DNA of 35,856 nt from a virus (lineage: Duplodnaviria; Caudoviricetes). The DNA is taken from positions 1-35,856 of the IMG/VR virus record IMGVR_UViG_3300037789_000045, one strand, 5' to 3'. This document shows, in pieces, positions 1 through 8,480 of the stretch. The position numbers were made by a program, and so were the translations under genes. The notes beneath the pieces are model-generated. The model was not told the DNA's origin. It did no database searches and saw only the letters and a program-made list of their open reading frames with translations. Position 1 is the stretch's first letter; each line of letters begins with the position of its first letter.

Positions 1-127
1 GCTAAGTCTGTGGCAGTTTTTAACACGCCGATAGCATCATCGGCAGCAACACCAGCCGAAATAAGGTCAAATAGCCCTTTGTTTAGATTGTCAAACGTCT
101 CACCAGTAGACGCTCTTAATTCAAGTA
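1..127. repeat. Terminal direct repeat copy 1 (circular-assembly overlap)
   Basis: Identical to 35730-35856; 127 bp is a common assembler k-mer size; the tape-measure frame is continuous across the join. Confidence 0.97.
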
Positions 128-413
128 ATCCTTTTTTAAGATCATCAACACCTTCATTAAGGGTTTTTGTTCTAAATGAACCTTGATCCAGAAGGGTTAC
201 AACATTAGAAAACGTAGATTCGAATTGTGCAAATTGATTGAAGGCAGCGATACCACCCGCAGCAGCAGCGGCAAATCCAACAGCAGCGATCCTAGCCCTT
301 TTTTGCATTCGAGCAACTGAAGCTTCTGTTTGCTTTTCAAGCTTATTAAGCTCTTTTCTATATTTTTCGGAATTAGCGCCAATTTTGACAATTAATTCAG
401 CGTTGCTAGCCAT
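1..413 (-). CDS. Tail tape measure protein, 5' part (continues at 35729 down to 33893; 749 aa total)
   Basis: ATG at 413 gives MASNAELIVKIGANSEKYRKELNKLE..., in frame with ORF 33893..35755 across the overlap; follows the tail chaperones. Confidence 0.92.
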   Translation of the reverse strand, partial: MASNAELIVKIGANSEKYRKELNKLEKQTEASVARMQKRARIAAVGFAAAAAGGIAAFNQFAQFESTFSNVVTLLDQGSFRTKTLNEGVDDLKKGLLELRASTGETFDNLNKGLFDLISAGVAADDAIGVLKTATDL

Positions 414-717
414 TCTGAATATCCTGCATCATTTTATCCATGTCACTGTGCATCTTATCATAGTCTATATCTTTTTGCTTTTGCTGTTTTTGGGTTGTTT
501 TCCACGAATTCAGCACTGAAAAAGATTTAGTTTTTATTTTATGCCCATGTAAAGCGGCTTGAGCAGCATATTCATTATGCTCTCTTATCGCAGCACATTC
601 TAACATTTCGTTAATTTGAATCAACGTCATGTCAAATATTTGATTAGGGGTATATCCGTATTTAGCGGCTAGCTGATCGAAAAGAATCGCAAAATTATAT
701 TCTTCTGTGTCTTTTTT
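406..717 (-). CDS. Tail assembly chaperone gpT-like extension, reached by -1 frameshift
   Basis: The -1 frame is open from A AAA AAG (711-717) through DTEEYNFAILFDQLAAKYGYTPNQIFDMTLIQ... to the stop at 406. Confidence 0.85.
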   Translation of the reverse strand, partial: KKDTEEYNFAILFDQLAAKYGYTPNQIFDMTLIQINEMLECAAIREHNEYAAQAALHGHKIKTKSFSVLNSWKTTQKQQKQKDIDYDKMHSDMDKMMQDIQNG

Positions 718-1115
718 TTTGATGGTTCATCCATCAACTCATCAACAACACTATTTAAACCACGCGCTTTCATAACGGCATTAAAGGCATAGATAATTTG
801 TTCAACGCCGCCGAAAGATTCCATGAGCTTTTCATAGCCCTGAAGATCAACTTCATTACCATCATCATCAACCGCCTTCACACGATCAAAGATTTTTTTG
901 CTTTCAGGCTCTAATTGCCTCCAAACAAGTTTTGAAATTAACGTAAGATCTAATGACTGCAGTCCTTGAGCAAGCTCTTGCATATCAAAATTGTCTCTGA
1001 GATATGCTTCATCACGCAAAGTATAGGGGCGTAAGTGCAAGGTGTATTGTTTGCCATTATTAAAGACCACATCGAACTGTGATTTTTTCGGTAAAAGTTT
1101 TGATAATTCAGCCAT
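669..1115 (-). CDS. Tail assembly chaperone (gpG-like)
   Basis: 148 aa, upstream of tape measure, ends with an A9G slippery run (PSKKK). Confidence 0.85.
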   Translation of the reverse strand: MAELSKLLPKKSQFDVVFNNGKQYTLHLRPYTLRDEAYLRDNFDMQELAQGLQSLDLTLISKLVWRQLEPESKKIFDRVKAVDDDGNEVDLQGYEKLMESFGGVEQIIYAFNAVMKARGLNSVVDELMDEPSKKKTQKNIILRFFSIS

Positions 1116-1121
1116 AGACTC

Positions 1122-1150
1122 AAGTTAAAATAATTGACTAAAAAAAACAA
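1122..1150 (-). promoter_or_regulatory. Candidate promoter for a leaderless chaperone/tape-measure transcript
   Basis: TTGTTT-N17-TAACTT-N6-ATG(1115); no Shine-Dalgarno present. Confidence 0.4.
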
Positions 1151-1160
1151 ATCTTTTTTG

Positions 1161-1190
1161 TTGACTCAAGTGAATATGAGTGATTATATA
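1161..1190 (+). promoter_or_regulatory. TTGACTCAA-class promoter of the + strand cassette
   Basis: TTGACT followed by an AT-rich -10-like box (TTATAT at N17, TATATA at N18); AAGAGGAAG RBS before ATG 1219. Confidence 0.7.
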
Positions 1191-1218
1191 GGGGAACATT
1201 AAGAGGAAGTTTTAAACA

Positions 1219-1596
1219 ATGACACATTCAAAACACACAGAGAAAGTAACGCCTTTGGCTGAACGTGAGGCGAAAGCTTCACACACACCAGCACCTTGGG
1301 AATTATGCAATAGAACAAATGCTATTGTTTGGGAACAAGACTGGAGTAATGGTAAACAATTTTTAATAAGCTCACACTCTGTATTAAAGAAAGGCCGAGC
1401 GATAGAGCCTTTGACAAGAGAAGAAGCTGAAGAGCATAAAGCCAACGCTCACCTTATAGCCGCCGCACCTGAATTGCTTGAGGCTTTGGAGGCTGCAAAG
1501 GCGCACATGCAAAACCCTTACCCAGCTGGTGATGATTTGTCACACATTTTGGCACGAGCTGAAGCAGCAATCGAAAAAGCAAAGGGTGAATCATGA
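1219..1596 (+). CDS. Conserved phage hypothetical protein
   Basis: HTPAPW...ANAHLIAAAPELLEAL motif common in phage early genes; good RBS. Confidence 0.8.
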   Translation: MTHSKHTEKVTPLAEREAKASHTPAPWELCNRTNAIVWEQDWSNGKQFLISSHSVLKKGRAIEPLTREEAEEHKANAHLIAAAPELLEALEAAKAHMQNPYPAGDDLSHILARAEAAIEKAKGES

Positions 1597-1739
1597 AAGC
1601 TGTAAACGATAACCTTAAGCAAGAATTTGACCACAACAAAAAGTGTGCTGTTGTGTTTCTTAATAGCTGTAAAATCACTTTTTACAAAATCCTTGAGGCC
1701 AAAGCCTTTATCGATGATTACTATTCGAGGGTGCTATGA
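1593..1739 (+). CDS. Hypothetical protein (48 aa, below ORF-track cutoff)
   Basis: ATGA overlaps with both neighbours; MKAVNDNLKQEF... Confidence 0.6.
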   Translation: MKAVNDNLKQEFDHNKKCAVVFLNSCKITFYKILEAKAFIDDYYSRVL

Positions 1740-1918
1740 AACTTGCAAATATCATTTTACTCAATCTTATTGCTGGCTTGATGGTTGCTGTATTTGCGCA
1801 AGCTATACATATAAAAGCATCAAAAAAGTATGTTTTTACGTACTCGGAAATGGAAGAGCTTGTTAAGGCATCTTATGAGCTTGGACGTGAGTCCATTGTT
1901 ATTGAGGCTATAGAGTGA
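1736..1918 (+). CDS. Small membrane protein
   Basis: N-terminal hydrophobic helix; GAGG RBS; coupled overlap. Confidence 0.65.
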   Translation: MKLANIILLNLIAGLMVAVFAQAIHIKASKKYVFTYSEMEELVKASYELGRESIVIEAIE

Positions 1919-2064
1919 TGAAGTTTTTATTAAAAGCCCTTGGCATAAAACTTAAGTGTCGCCACGTTTACGGCAGGAAACGGAGAACGCCGTATAAAGA
2001 TGAGTACGCCGAAAAATGCAAGAAGTGTGGTCACATTAATGTCTTTGAAAAAGATTATAGGTGA
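1918..2064 (+). CDS. Small Zn-ribbon-like protein (48 aa)
   Basis: TGATG overlap; CxH...CKKCG pattern. Confidence 0.6.
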   Translation: MKFLLKALGIKLKCRHVYGRKRRTPYKDEYAEKCKKCGHINVFEKDYR

Positions 2065-2093
2065 AGTGATAACTTACATTACGGGAATTTTAT

Positions 2094-2279
2094 ATGAATA
2101 AACAAATGCAAGCGTTTGAAAACCTTTTACAGGCCAGAGAGGAATTTATAACAGCAAAGAAGAATGTCCCAGATTACACAGGACACTTGAACCCTTGTGA
2201 TTATTATCAAGATGAAGAGCATGCGTATGAGAAGGCTATGGAACGTTTTATTCAAATCGTAAAGGAAACCGACAAATGA
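2094..2279 (+). CDS. Hypothetical protein
   Basis: 61-aa ORF in tightly packed cassette. Confidence 0.65.
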   Translation: MNKQMQAFENLLQAREEFITAKKNVPDYTGHLNPCDYYQDEEHAYEKAMERFIQIVKETDK

Positions 2280-2416
2280 CCAGTAGCACTTATGAAAGAT
2301 CAAAATTTATTACGTTAGGCGTTTTAATCGGCTTAGTCGCGTCATTATTTGTAATTTTACCAGCGGCTTGGCATGTATCCAATCAGTATTGCGTACCTTG
2401 GGAGAGAAGCCAATGA
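2276..2416 (+). CDS. Small single-TM protein (46 aa)
   Basis: ATGA overlaps on both sides; FITLGVLIGLVASLFVILPAAW helix; AAGGA RBS. Confidence 0.6.
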   Translation: MTSSTYERSKFITLGVLIGLVASLFVILPAAWHVSNQYCVPWERSQ

Positions 2417-2805
2417 CCGACAAGATCGATGAATTGATTGAGGCTGGCGAGAAGGCCACTAAGGGTGAGTGGGATCTTAACGGGAACATTGAGGGAAAGC
2501 CTGAGTATTCAGTCTTTGTCCAATGGGGTGATAAGTTTGCGCGTCTGTTCGGAATACTTATACCTGAATACCACAGAAATAAAAATAAAGGGTGGGAAGA
2601 AGCACACAGGAACGCCGTGTTCATAACCAAAGCCGCCAATTCCAGAGAAGCAATCAAACAGCTACGCCAAGAGCGTGATGCGTTGCGGGAGCTATTAAGG
2701 GAACTTGGCAAGCAAGTAATAGCTGATGGATTACACAAAAAACAGAGATACGGCATTATAATTGAGAGGGCGCGTAAAGTTTTCAAGAAAGGCGGTGAAG
2801 GATGA
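2413..2805 (+). CDS. Ead/Ea22-like phage protein
   Basis: L...EKATKGEW...NAVFITKAAN...LRQERDALRE pattern; start at MTDKID with GGAG RBS. Confidence 0.6.
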   Translation: MTDKIDELIEAGEKATKGEWDLNGNIEGKPEYSVFVQWGDKFARLFGILIPEYHRNKNKGWEEAHRNAVFITKAANSREAIKQLRQERDALRELLRELGKQVIADGLHKKQRYGIIIERARKVFKKGGEG

Positions 2806-2951
2806 AAGCTAAACTTGTAATAGACGGCATCAAAGAAGCGAGTGTGGAGGGTGCTGATAGGGAAGCCGTAATTCATCAGATAGGCCACTACTTCCTACAA
2901 TACGTAGAGGATTTTGAACATTCAATAAAGTTGGAGATTGAGAATGAGTGA
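2802..2951 (+). CDS. Hypothetical protein (49 aa)
   Basis: ATGA overlap; ends IKLEIENE inside the 30-bp repeat. Confidence 0.6.
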   Translation: MKAKLVIDGIKEASVEGADREAVIHQIGHYFLQYVEDFEHSIKLEIENE

Positions 2952-3145
2952 TAACGCAGGATTAGGGACTTGCATAATCGCCGCGGCTGTTCTTCACGGC
3001 TGCATTAGCAACGACATTAACCTTACTATTAAGGAGCCGGATACAGTGACAAAGGAATATTGTGACGCAAGAGTTGCAGGCACAAGAATGCGCGAGTGGA
3101 TAGATAAAAACAATCCAATAAAGTTGGAGATTGAGAATGAGTGAT
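2923..3145 (+). repeat. 30-bp perfect direct repeat (2923-2952 and 3116-3145) flanking one gene
   Basis: CAATAAAGTTGGAGATTGAGAATGAGTGAT occurs twice, 193 bp apart. Confidence 0.95.
2944..3144 (+). CDS. Hypothetical protein, possible lipoprotein
   Basis: Hydrophobic N-terminus ending LHGC; RBS and ATG lie within the repeat. Confidence 0.6.
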   Translation: MSDNAGLGTCIIAAAVLHGCISNDINLTIKEPDTVTKEYCDARVAGTRMREWIDKNNPIKLEIENE

Positions 3146-3247
3146 TACTGGAATTATGACGATGACTTACCAAGCGTACAGCTTGCGAAATGTAAGATAT
3201 GTAATGAATATTCCGATGAATGTATGTGTGGGGAGTACGGAGAATGA
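3137..3247 (+). CDS. Small Cys-rich protein (36 aa)
   Basis: Starts in the second repeat copy; CKIC...CMC. Confidence 0.5.
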   Translation: MSDYWNYDDDLPSVQLAKCKICNEYSDECMCGEYGE

Positions 3248-3332
3248 TGACGAAAGGAATGGTGAAAACGAAATGAAGAAAATATACGACGTTGGAGGAA
3301 ATCCACGCTGTTCTTAAAGCTTTGGAGGAAGT

Positions 3333-3530
3333 ATGACTGATATTTTTTACTACTTATTTATTTTAGCTGTTTATTTTTTTCCTGCATACGCAGCCTTTAA
3401 AAGAAGGCATAAAAACTTTTTGCCAATATTTCTTTTAACTCTGTTTACAGCATGGACTCTTATCGGGTGGTTAGCTGCTCTTATATGGGCTTGTACAAGC
3501 AACACACATAAAGGCGAAAGCCCCGCATGA
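3333..3530 (+). CDS. imm: Superinfection immunity protein (T4 Imm-like)
   Basis: YFFP..AA..R.HKN...IFLL.LF.AWT.IGW..ALIWA signature. Confidence 0.85.
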   Translation: MTDIFYYLFILAVYFFPAYAAFKRRHKNFLPIFLLTLFTAWTLIGWLAALIWACTSNTHKGESPA

Positions 3531-3541
3531 AAGCGAGGCTT
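3517..3541 (-). terminator. Intrinsic terminator after major tail gene (possibly bidirectional)
   Basis: Minus-strand stem AAGCCUCGC/GCGGGGCUU followed by short U tract, between convergent genes. Confidence 0.65.
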
Positions 3542-3575
3542 AAGCTAATGGAGACAATAGAAAGCACCCAAAACT

Positions 3576-4466
3576 TTAATTTGAAGCGTCAACCGATACA
3601 AATCTAGCCAAACCGTCACGATCTGCGTCACGGAATGCTTGCAGTGTAATCTCTGCTTCTGAGAAGGCCTGCTCAGCCAGATTAACAGGAGCGCCAACAC
3701 CGATAGCACGATAAACGTCAATATAGAAAATATTCTTAGAGCCTGACTTTTGAGCGGCAAGCAATAAACCAACATCAACATAATTCTCAGTAGAAGATCC
3801 TATAACAACTTCTGTTGAGCCTGTGTTAGCTGTGCGCACCTCAAAGATGGCAATGTCGCCCGCAGTCATTCCAATTGTTCCAGAACCACCTGTTAGCTCA
3901 ATACCAAAATCAGGAACCGTAACCGCTGTGGAGGCGGTAATAGTCAAAGCTGAAGATGTGATCTTTAAACTATCATCAACAAAAACCTTATCTGTACCTT
4001 GCGCAAAATCAACATCAGATAGGGCGTAAACGTCTACCGTAGTAGCAGAAGCGGCAACAACCGCATAAATACCGCTCTTAAGATCCGACTCAGATCCTGA
4101 CTTAACTGTAGCCGTTGCAATACCTGTTGTGGCGTCCTGAACAGAAGTATTCTTAGTGTTTGTAAGGGCGATTGATACGGCTCCGTTAGCCTCAGCAGCG
4201 TTGCTTGTAACAGCCTTACCGAGGAAAACTTCATAAAGCCAATCTGGATACTCACGAAGAGTAACGCTAATCTCTGAAGTAATCAGGCCACGCTCAACGC
4301 GCCAAGGATAAGCAGACGAACCACCGTTAAGGGGTGTAAGCTCACCAGTAAGATTAAAGTTAGCTTGCCCTAAAACCTTTGCTGTACCATAAGGCAAGCG
4401 AGTATCAGGGTTGTAAGCTGTAAGGGAGTGGATACCGAAAACGGAATTAGGAGACGATAAGGCCAT
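3576..4466 (-). CDS. Major tail tube protein
   Basis: 296 aa, S/T/G-rich beta character, after neck genes; strong RBS. Confidence 0.75.
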   Translation of the reverse strand: MALSSPNSVFGIHSLTAYNPDTRLPYGTAKVLGQANFNLTGELTPLNGGSSAYPWRVERGLITSEISVTLREYPDWLYEVFLGKAVTSNAAEANGAVSIALTNTKNTSVQDATTGIATATVKSGSESDLKSGIYAVVAASATTVDVYALSDVDFAQGTDKVFVDDSLKITSSALTITASTAVTVPDFGIELTGGSGTIGMTAGDIAIFEVRTANTGSTEVVIGSSTENYVDVGLLLAAQKSGSKNIFYIDVYRAIGVGAPVNLAEQAFSEAEITLQAFRDADRDGLARFVSVDASN

Positions 4467-4472
4467 TTGTTT

Positions 4473-4652
4473 TTATCCTTTCAAAACTTCTTCTGTAATT
4501 AAAACTTGATTAAACTCTTGTGGAACTTTGAGCTTGTCCAGGTCATCACCTTTTTTAATATCAAAATGAGAATCATTCTGATGCAAAACATGATCTTTCA
4601 ACGCTACGCGCTTTCCTTTTACCTTAGACTTTTTCGCTTTCTCTTCTGTCAT
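4473..4652 (-). CDS. Small hypothetical protein (59 aa)
   Basis: ATGA overlap with upstream gene, fills the gap; MTEEKAKKSKVKGKRVALKD... Confidence 0.7.
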   Translation of the reverse strand: MTEEKAKKSKVKGKRVALKDHVLHQNDSHFDIKKGDDLDKLKVPQEFNQVLITEEVLKG

Positions 4653-5125
4653 GTGAATAAGCTCCCTTCAATTTCTATACCACCCGCTTGATAATCTGCA
4701 CCGTCTAAATCACCAAACGACACAATAGCGGGCGGCAAAGGTATAATTTTAACCGTGGAAATCATAGCATTATTTGTAACATTTGCAGCTATAATCTCAG
4801 TCATTGCCCTAGTATATCTTAAAAGTTTGTTTTCTGCTACACCCCCGTCACGATCTATAAAGTAAAAGGCAAAAAACATCCTCGGAGTCCATTGAACGCT
4901 CGCGGCTTGGCTATCTGCCTTAATGTCACTAAAACCATAATGAATAAACGGATCAAACGCTAGCGCCTGATCGTTGACCTTATGTATAAAATGACTAGCA
5001 TCAGGCTTGGCAAGGGTAATCGAATCGGCTTTTTCAGCGTTCAACTCATCAATCTTAGCATCAAGATTATCTTTTATAAGATTAAGAAAATAATCCCTAA
5101 AATCTTCTAAATCAAACTTTGCCAT
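4649..5125 (-). CDS. Putative tail terminator
   Basis: Size and synteny upstream of the tail tube gene. Confidence 0.55.
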   Translation of the reverse strand: MAKFDLEDFRDYFLNLIKDNLDAKIDELNAEKADSITLAKPDASHFIHKVNDQALAFDPFIHYGFSDIKADSQAASVQWTPRMFFAFYFIDRDGGVAENKLLRYTRAMTEIIAANVTNNAMISTVKIIPLPPAIVSFGDLDGADYQAGGIEIEGSLFT

Positions 5126-5694
5126 TATCGCCCGCTCCTAGCTTTTAATTTACGTGCAACCTCATCATCAATTATTCTAAGCCACCTTTCAAGCCTTCCT
5201 GTGATTTGCGAAGGTGCAGTTCTTGGAGCCTCCGCACCAATAAACAAAAATTTACGCTGAGGCATCTTAAAACGTGGAGAATCTGACTGGTGATAAATAC
5301 CATATGGCACTTTTGTCCCTAATATCATAGATTTTTTGCCAATGCGAACAATAGAATCACTGTTAGGCGTTCCCGTTAACGAGTTCTTCAGCCTTCCAGA
5401 AAACACCAATATAGGCGCTCTACGGCCTAAAACCCTGTCTTTTCTTTCTTGGTATTCTGGTGATAAAGGCGGATATTGCCCGCCGTTCTTTAATGTAAAT
5501 ATAGCCTGATTTGATTTGAAAAAATCACGCGCTATTTCACCAAAAGCAAACCTTAAATCATCAACTTCCTTTATGGCAGCGTCTAAGGCTTTTGCAAAGG
5601 CTATATCATTTTCAATAGAGAAAGAAAGCGCGGGGGGCGGTATTTGCTCGCCGAAAGCTCTTGCAAAACTTTCAACTGATGGGTTTTTTACCAT
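5125..5694 (-). CDS. Virion morphogenesis/tail completion protein (Mu gpG-like)
   Basis: ILVFSGRLKNSL...GTKVPYGIYHQ...MPQRKFL motifs. Confidence 0.85.
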   Translation of the reverse strand: MVKNPSVESFARAFGEQIPPPALSFSIENDIAFAKALDAAIKEVDDLRFAFGEIARDFFKSNQAIFTLKNGGQYPPLSPEYQERKDRVLGRRAPILVFSGRLKNSLTGTPNSDSIVRIGKKSMILGTKVPYGIYHQSDSPRFKMPQRKFLFIGAEAPRTAPSQITGRLERWLRIIDDEVARKLKARSGR

Positions 5695-6152
5695 TGCTTA
5701 GTGCCTACATCAAAATTCGCTTCATATGAATTATCAAGGTTATCCGAAGCAAATAATGATTTTCCAGCCGCGCTATTTTTAGCGTCTTCATCAGGAAGGC
5801 TCATATCGCCTTTTCTTAAGGCTTCAAGATCCTTGATAGCCCTCTTGTATGCCGTTGCAAGACTCACATCTTGCGAAATCATGCCGTTAGGTAATTGTTG
5901 CGTTTTTCGAGTTGAAATTATTTCACTAACACGCCACGCAACCAAAGAAATACAAATTACCTTTAAAAACAAAAGGCTTTCAGTACCTGTAATTGGGGTG
6001 TCATATCGAGTTGTTAAATACGAATCAATACGCGCCGATTCTTGGTCAATAAACGCCGTTACTTGTGCCGTAGTCGGAATAGCATTAGAAGCGGAAAGAT
6101 CAAGCGCCTTAATTTCCGCTTCTATGTCCGATGTTGTGCAGTATGCGCTCAT
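5688..6152 (-). CDS. Head-tail adaptor (Mu gp36/DUF1320-like)
   Basis: YCT..DI...IDSYL..RY..P...Y..AIK.L..L..G pattern. Confidence 0.8.
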   Translation of the reverse strand: MSAYCTTSDIEAEIKALDLSASNAIPTTAQVTAFIDQESARIDSYLTTRYDTPITGTESLLFLKVICISLVAWRVSEIISTRKTQQLPNGMISQDVSLATAYKRAIKDLEALRKGDMSLPDEDAKNSAAGKSLFASDNLDNSYEANFDVGTKQW

Positions 6153-6155
6153 GAA

Positions 6156-6386
6156 TTAGCCTTGCTCTAAAGCACCCGCTTCAAGAAGCTCTTGAGCGTG
6201 ATCACCTTTGTAAACACTGCCAATCTCAAGAACTTTTCCATTTTCTTTAATACGAGAAGCAACCATAAGCTTGCCTTTTGGGGCTTCAGTCATTTGCTGA
6301 GTCTCTTCTTCAGCTTTTTGTTCATTGCTTTCTACAGCCTCAGTGACTGCAGGTTGTTCGGCTTTATCTGATTTGCGTCTAGCCAT
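6156..6386 (-). CDS. Small head-associated hypothetical protein
   Basis: Strong RBS, follows the capsid gene. Confidence 0.7.
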   Translation of the reverse strand: MARRKSDKAEQPAVTEAVESNEQKAEEETQQMTEAPKGKLMVASRIKENGKVLEIGSVYKGDHAQELLEAGALEQG

Positions 6387-6441
6387 ATCTCAGCTTTCCT
6401 TTTGTAAATTAATAAATATCTTCTGCCATACATAGTAATAG

Positions 6442-6471
6442 AAAAAGCCCCCGTATGGCAACAGGGGCTTT
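6442..6471 (-). terminator. Intrinsic terminator after major capsid gene
   Basis: AAAGCCCCUGU/ACGGGGGCUUUUU. Confidence 0.8.
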
Positions 6472-6497
6472 CCACTCAGTATTACATACTTACCAAA

Positions 6498-7439
6498 TTA
6501 GGCGACTGCGTTCTTGATCAAGTAAGCCGCTGTAACTTTCTGAAGAAGATCATCATAGTAGTTTTCACAAACGATTTTCATAGAACCAGCAGGTTCGTCA
6601 TGATTGTACTTGTAAACAGCAAATGGGTTCTTGCCGCGCAATGTAAGCTTATAGCCGAGGCTGGTTTGCTCAATTGCAGGAGCTGAAGGGCGAACGTAGA
6701 ATACAATGTCTTTACCCCATACAGGAGAGAAAGAATCTGTTTGACCTTTATTAGCTGTGTTGTAAATCGCTTTACCAACCAAGATTTTTTCAACTTCCAT
6801 CGCCTTAGCAAGCTCTTCAAGAGAAAGACCGCCTGGACGATTATCTTTATAGCCAAGAGCATCAAGCATTTGTGAGTGATAGCGAAGGTGATTCCAAACT
6901 TTCCAGCTCATAATCGCATAGTTTGGAGCCATGCCAACGGCATCATATACAGTTTCACGCGCTGTAGCGAAATCTGTAAGCGGTGTTGAGTCTGCATGAT
7001 CGCGATTGTTGTACTGATCGTTACCTGAAAGAGTTGTGTTGTTTGTCAAAACGCTTGTGCTTGTAAGACTATCAGCCAAAGCTTTTTCACGACCAAGCTT
7101 AAGCGCTGTAGTCAAAACTGCTGTTTTGTCTTTTTCAGCGTCAAATGGCTTGTTTACATTTGCGTAATCAGCAGGAAAAACATAATCCTTCAAGCCGTGA
7201 GGCTCAATGCTGTAAGTATCTGTATTGTATGTGATACTTTCAACGCGAGGGAAACCGTTCTCTTGTGCTGAGATTGTTTGTTGAATGCGGAGATGTTCAC
7301 CACCATAGCGGCCTACTTTACCCGTCATCATGTCAACTTGCTTTTCAGGCAAAACTTCGTCTGCAATAAAGCCCGCTGGTTGAATTTTGTTTGATACGCC
7401 CGTTAGGAGCTGATCAACTACTGCTGTAGATTGTGGCAT
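6498..7439 (-). CDS. Major capsid protein (HK97 fold)
   Basis: 313 aa; VDQLLT.VS...FIAD.V.P start; position, RBS and terminator. Confidence 0.9.
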   Translation of the reverse strand: MPQSTAVVDQLLTGVSNKIQPAGFIADEVLPEKQVDMMTGKVGRYGGEHLRIQQTISAQENGFPRVESITYNTDTYSIEPHGLKDYVFPADYANVNKPFDAEKDKTAVLTTALKLGREKALADSLTSTSVLTNNTTLSGNDQYNNRDHADSTPLTDFATARETVYDAVGMAPNYAIMSWKVWNHLRYHSQMLDALGYKDNRPGGLSLEELAKAMEVEKILVGKAIYNTANKGQTDSFSPVWGKDIVFYVRPSAPAIEQTSLGYKLTLRGKNPFAVYKYNHDEPAGSMKIVCENYYDDLLQKVTAAYLIKNAVA

Positions 7440-7522
7440 TTTAAAACCCTTTCCTTTTAAACTAAATTAAAAACCTTTTACTTTAGCTTCCTCTGACAAT
7501 CGGAAAAGGCTGTTTATGGTTT

Positions 7523-7903
7523 CTATGCGCCGTAGAAGCCAGTGTTTACAAACACATGGAACTGATCACCATCAGCAGCAGCAACAATAGCGCGACCGAT
7601 GTAAAAGTCATTGTCTGTTGTTGTGGCAACCAACTCGCCACTTGCGTCTGCTTTTAAGAAGTCACCTTCATTAATAGCACCGCCCGCAATTGCGATAGCA
7701 CCACCGAAACCAACTACAGAAGCGGCTGCGCCTGTACCTGATCCAACGATACCGCTAAGAATACCGATACCAGTTTCACCAGCACCAGCTAGAACTACGT
7801 CACCACTTGCATCAAGCTTTACAACTTTACCAACATCAGAAGATGTTAGCGCCGCGCCTGTTTTCAAACCTGCAATATATAGAGAGTCTGATCTTGAACT
7901 CAT
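7523..7903 (-). CDS. Capsid cement/decoration protein (DUF2190-like)
   Basis: AGGAI..GD.LK.DA.G...GRA..AA.DGD pattern upstream of capsid gene. Confidence 0.8.
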   Translation of the reverse strand: MSSRSDSLYIAGLKTGAALTSSDVGKVVKLDASGDVVLAGAGETGIGILSGIVGSGTGAAASVVGFGGAIAIAGGAINEGDFLKADASGELVATTTDNDFYIGRAIVAAADGDQFHVFVNTGFYGA

Positions 7904-7982
7904 TTTTCTAATCCTTTTTTAAAATTAAACTTACAAAATTTTTGCAACCCTGCCCCGAAAGGGGCAAAGATCACGGAATTAC

Positions 7983-8480
7983 TTAAGCGGCTTTCTGGCT
8001 CAACTCATAGAGCTTTTCATTCTCATGAATAGCGCGGCTCATAGCATCAGAAAACTCAAGGCCTTCTTTTTCAACTAAAGCATCGGCAATTTCAGAAAGC
8101 TTGTTAGCTGCATCTTCAGGAGTTTTCGGCTCATCCTCAGCGCCTTCGCCGCCTTCAGATCCTGCCTCGGAAAGATTTACATCTTCTTTTAGGGAGGCAA
8201 ATTTTTCCATGTCGTTAGCAAGGAAAGGCTCGCGCTGTGCTTCAACAACTTTACCTTCTGAAAGAAGTGCGTCAAACTTGCGCTCTTGCTCAAGCTTCTC
8301 TTTCTCTTCAGAAAGCTTCTTCTTTTCTTCTTCCAAGTCCTTAACTTTTTGGTTAGCCTCTGAAAGCTGCTTATCACTTTCATCGTTTGACTTAGGGGCT
8401 ACACCGATAGCCTCTGAAAGCTGTGTTTTCTCTTCATTAGAAAGATTTTTCACTGCTTCAAGCAATTCTTTAAAATTCAT
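7983..8480 (-). CDS. Internal in-frame scaffold protein (Mu gpZ-like)
   Basis: AAGGA RBS upstream of an internal ATG (MNFKELLEAV) right after the protease domain. Confidence 0.65.
   Translation of the reverse strand: MNFKELLEAVKNLSNEEKTQLSEAIGVAPKSNDESDKQLSEANQKVKDLEEEKKKLSEEKEKLEQERKFDALLSEGKVVEAQREPFLANDMEKFASLKEDVNLSEAGSEGGEGAEDEPKTPEDAANKLSEIADALVEKEGLEFSDAMSRAIHENEKLYELSQKAA

Noticed and set aside
616-624. TTGAATCAA here and TTGAWTCAA at 32103 and 32155 as additional operator sites
   Set aside because: A/T centre and inside coding sequence; compatible with chance
2310-2888. 192-aa minus-strand ORF
   Set aside because: Overlaps tightly coupled + strand genes that have RBSs; no recognisable motif
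7948-7969. Terminator after the protease gene
   Set aside because: GC hairpin present but no U tract on the coding strand; more likely a stability or processing hairpin
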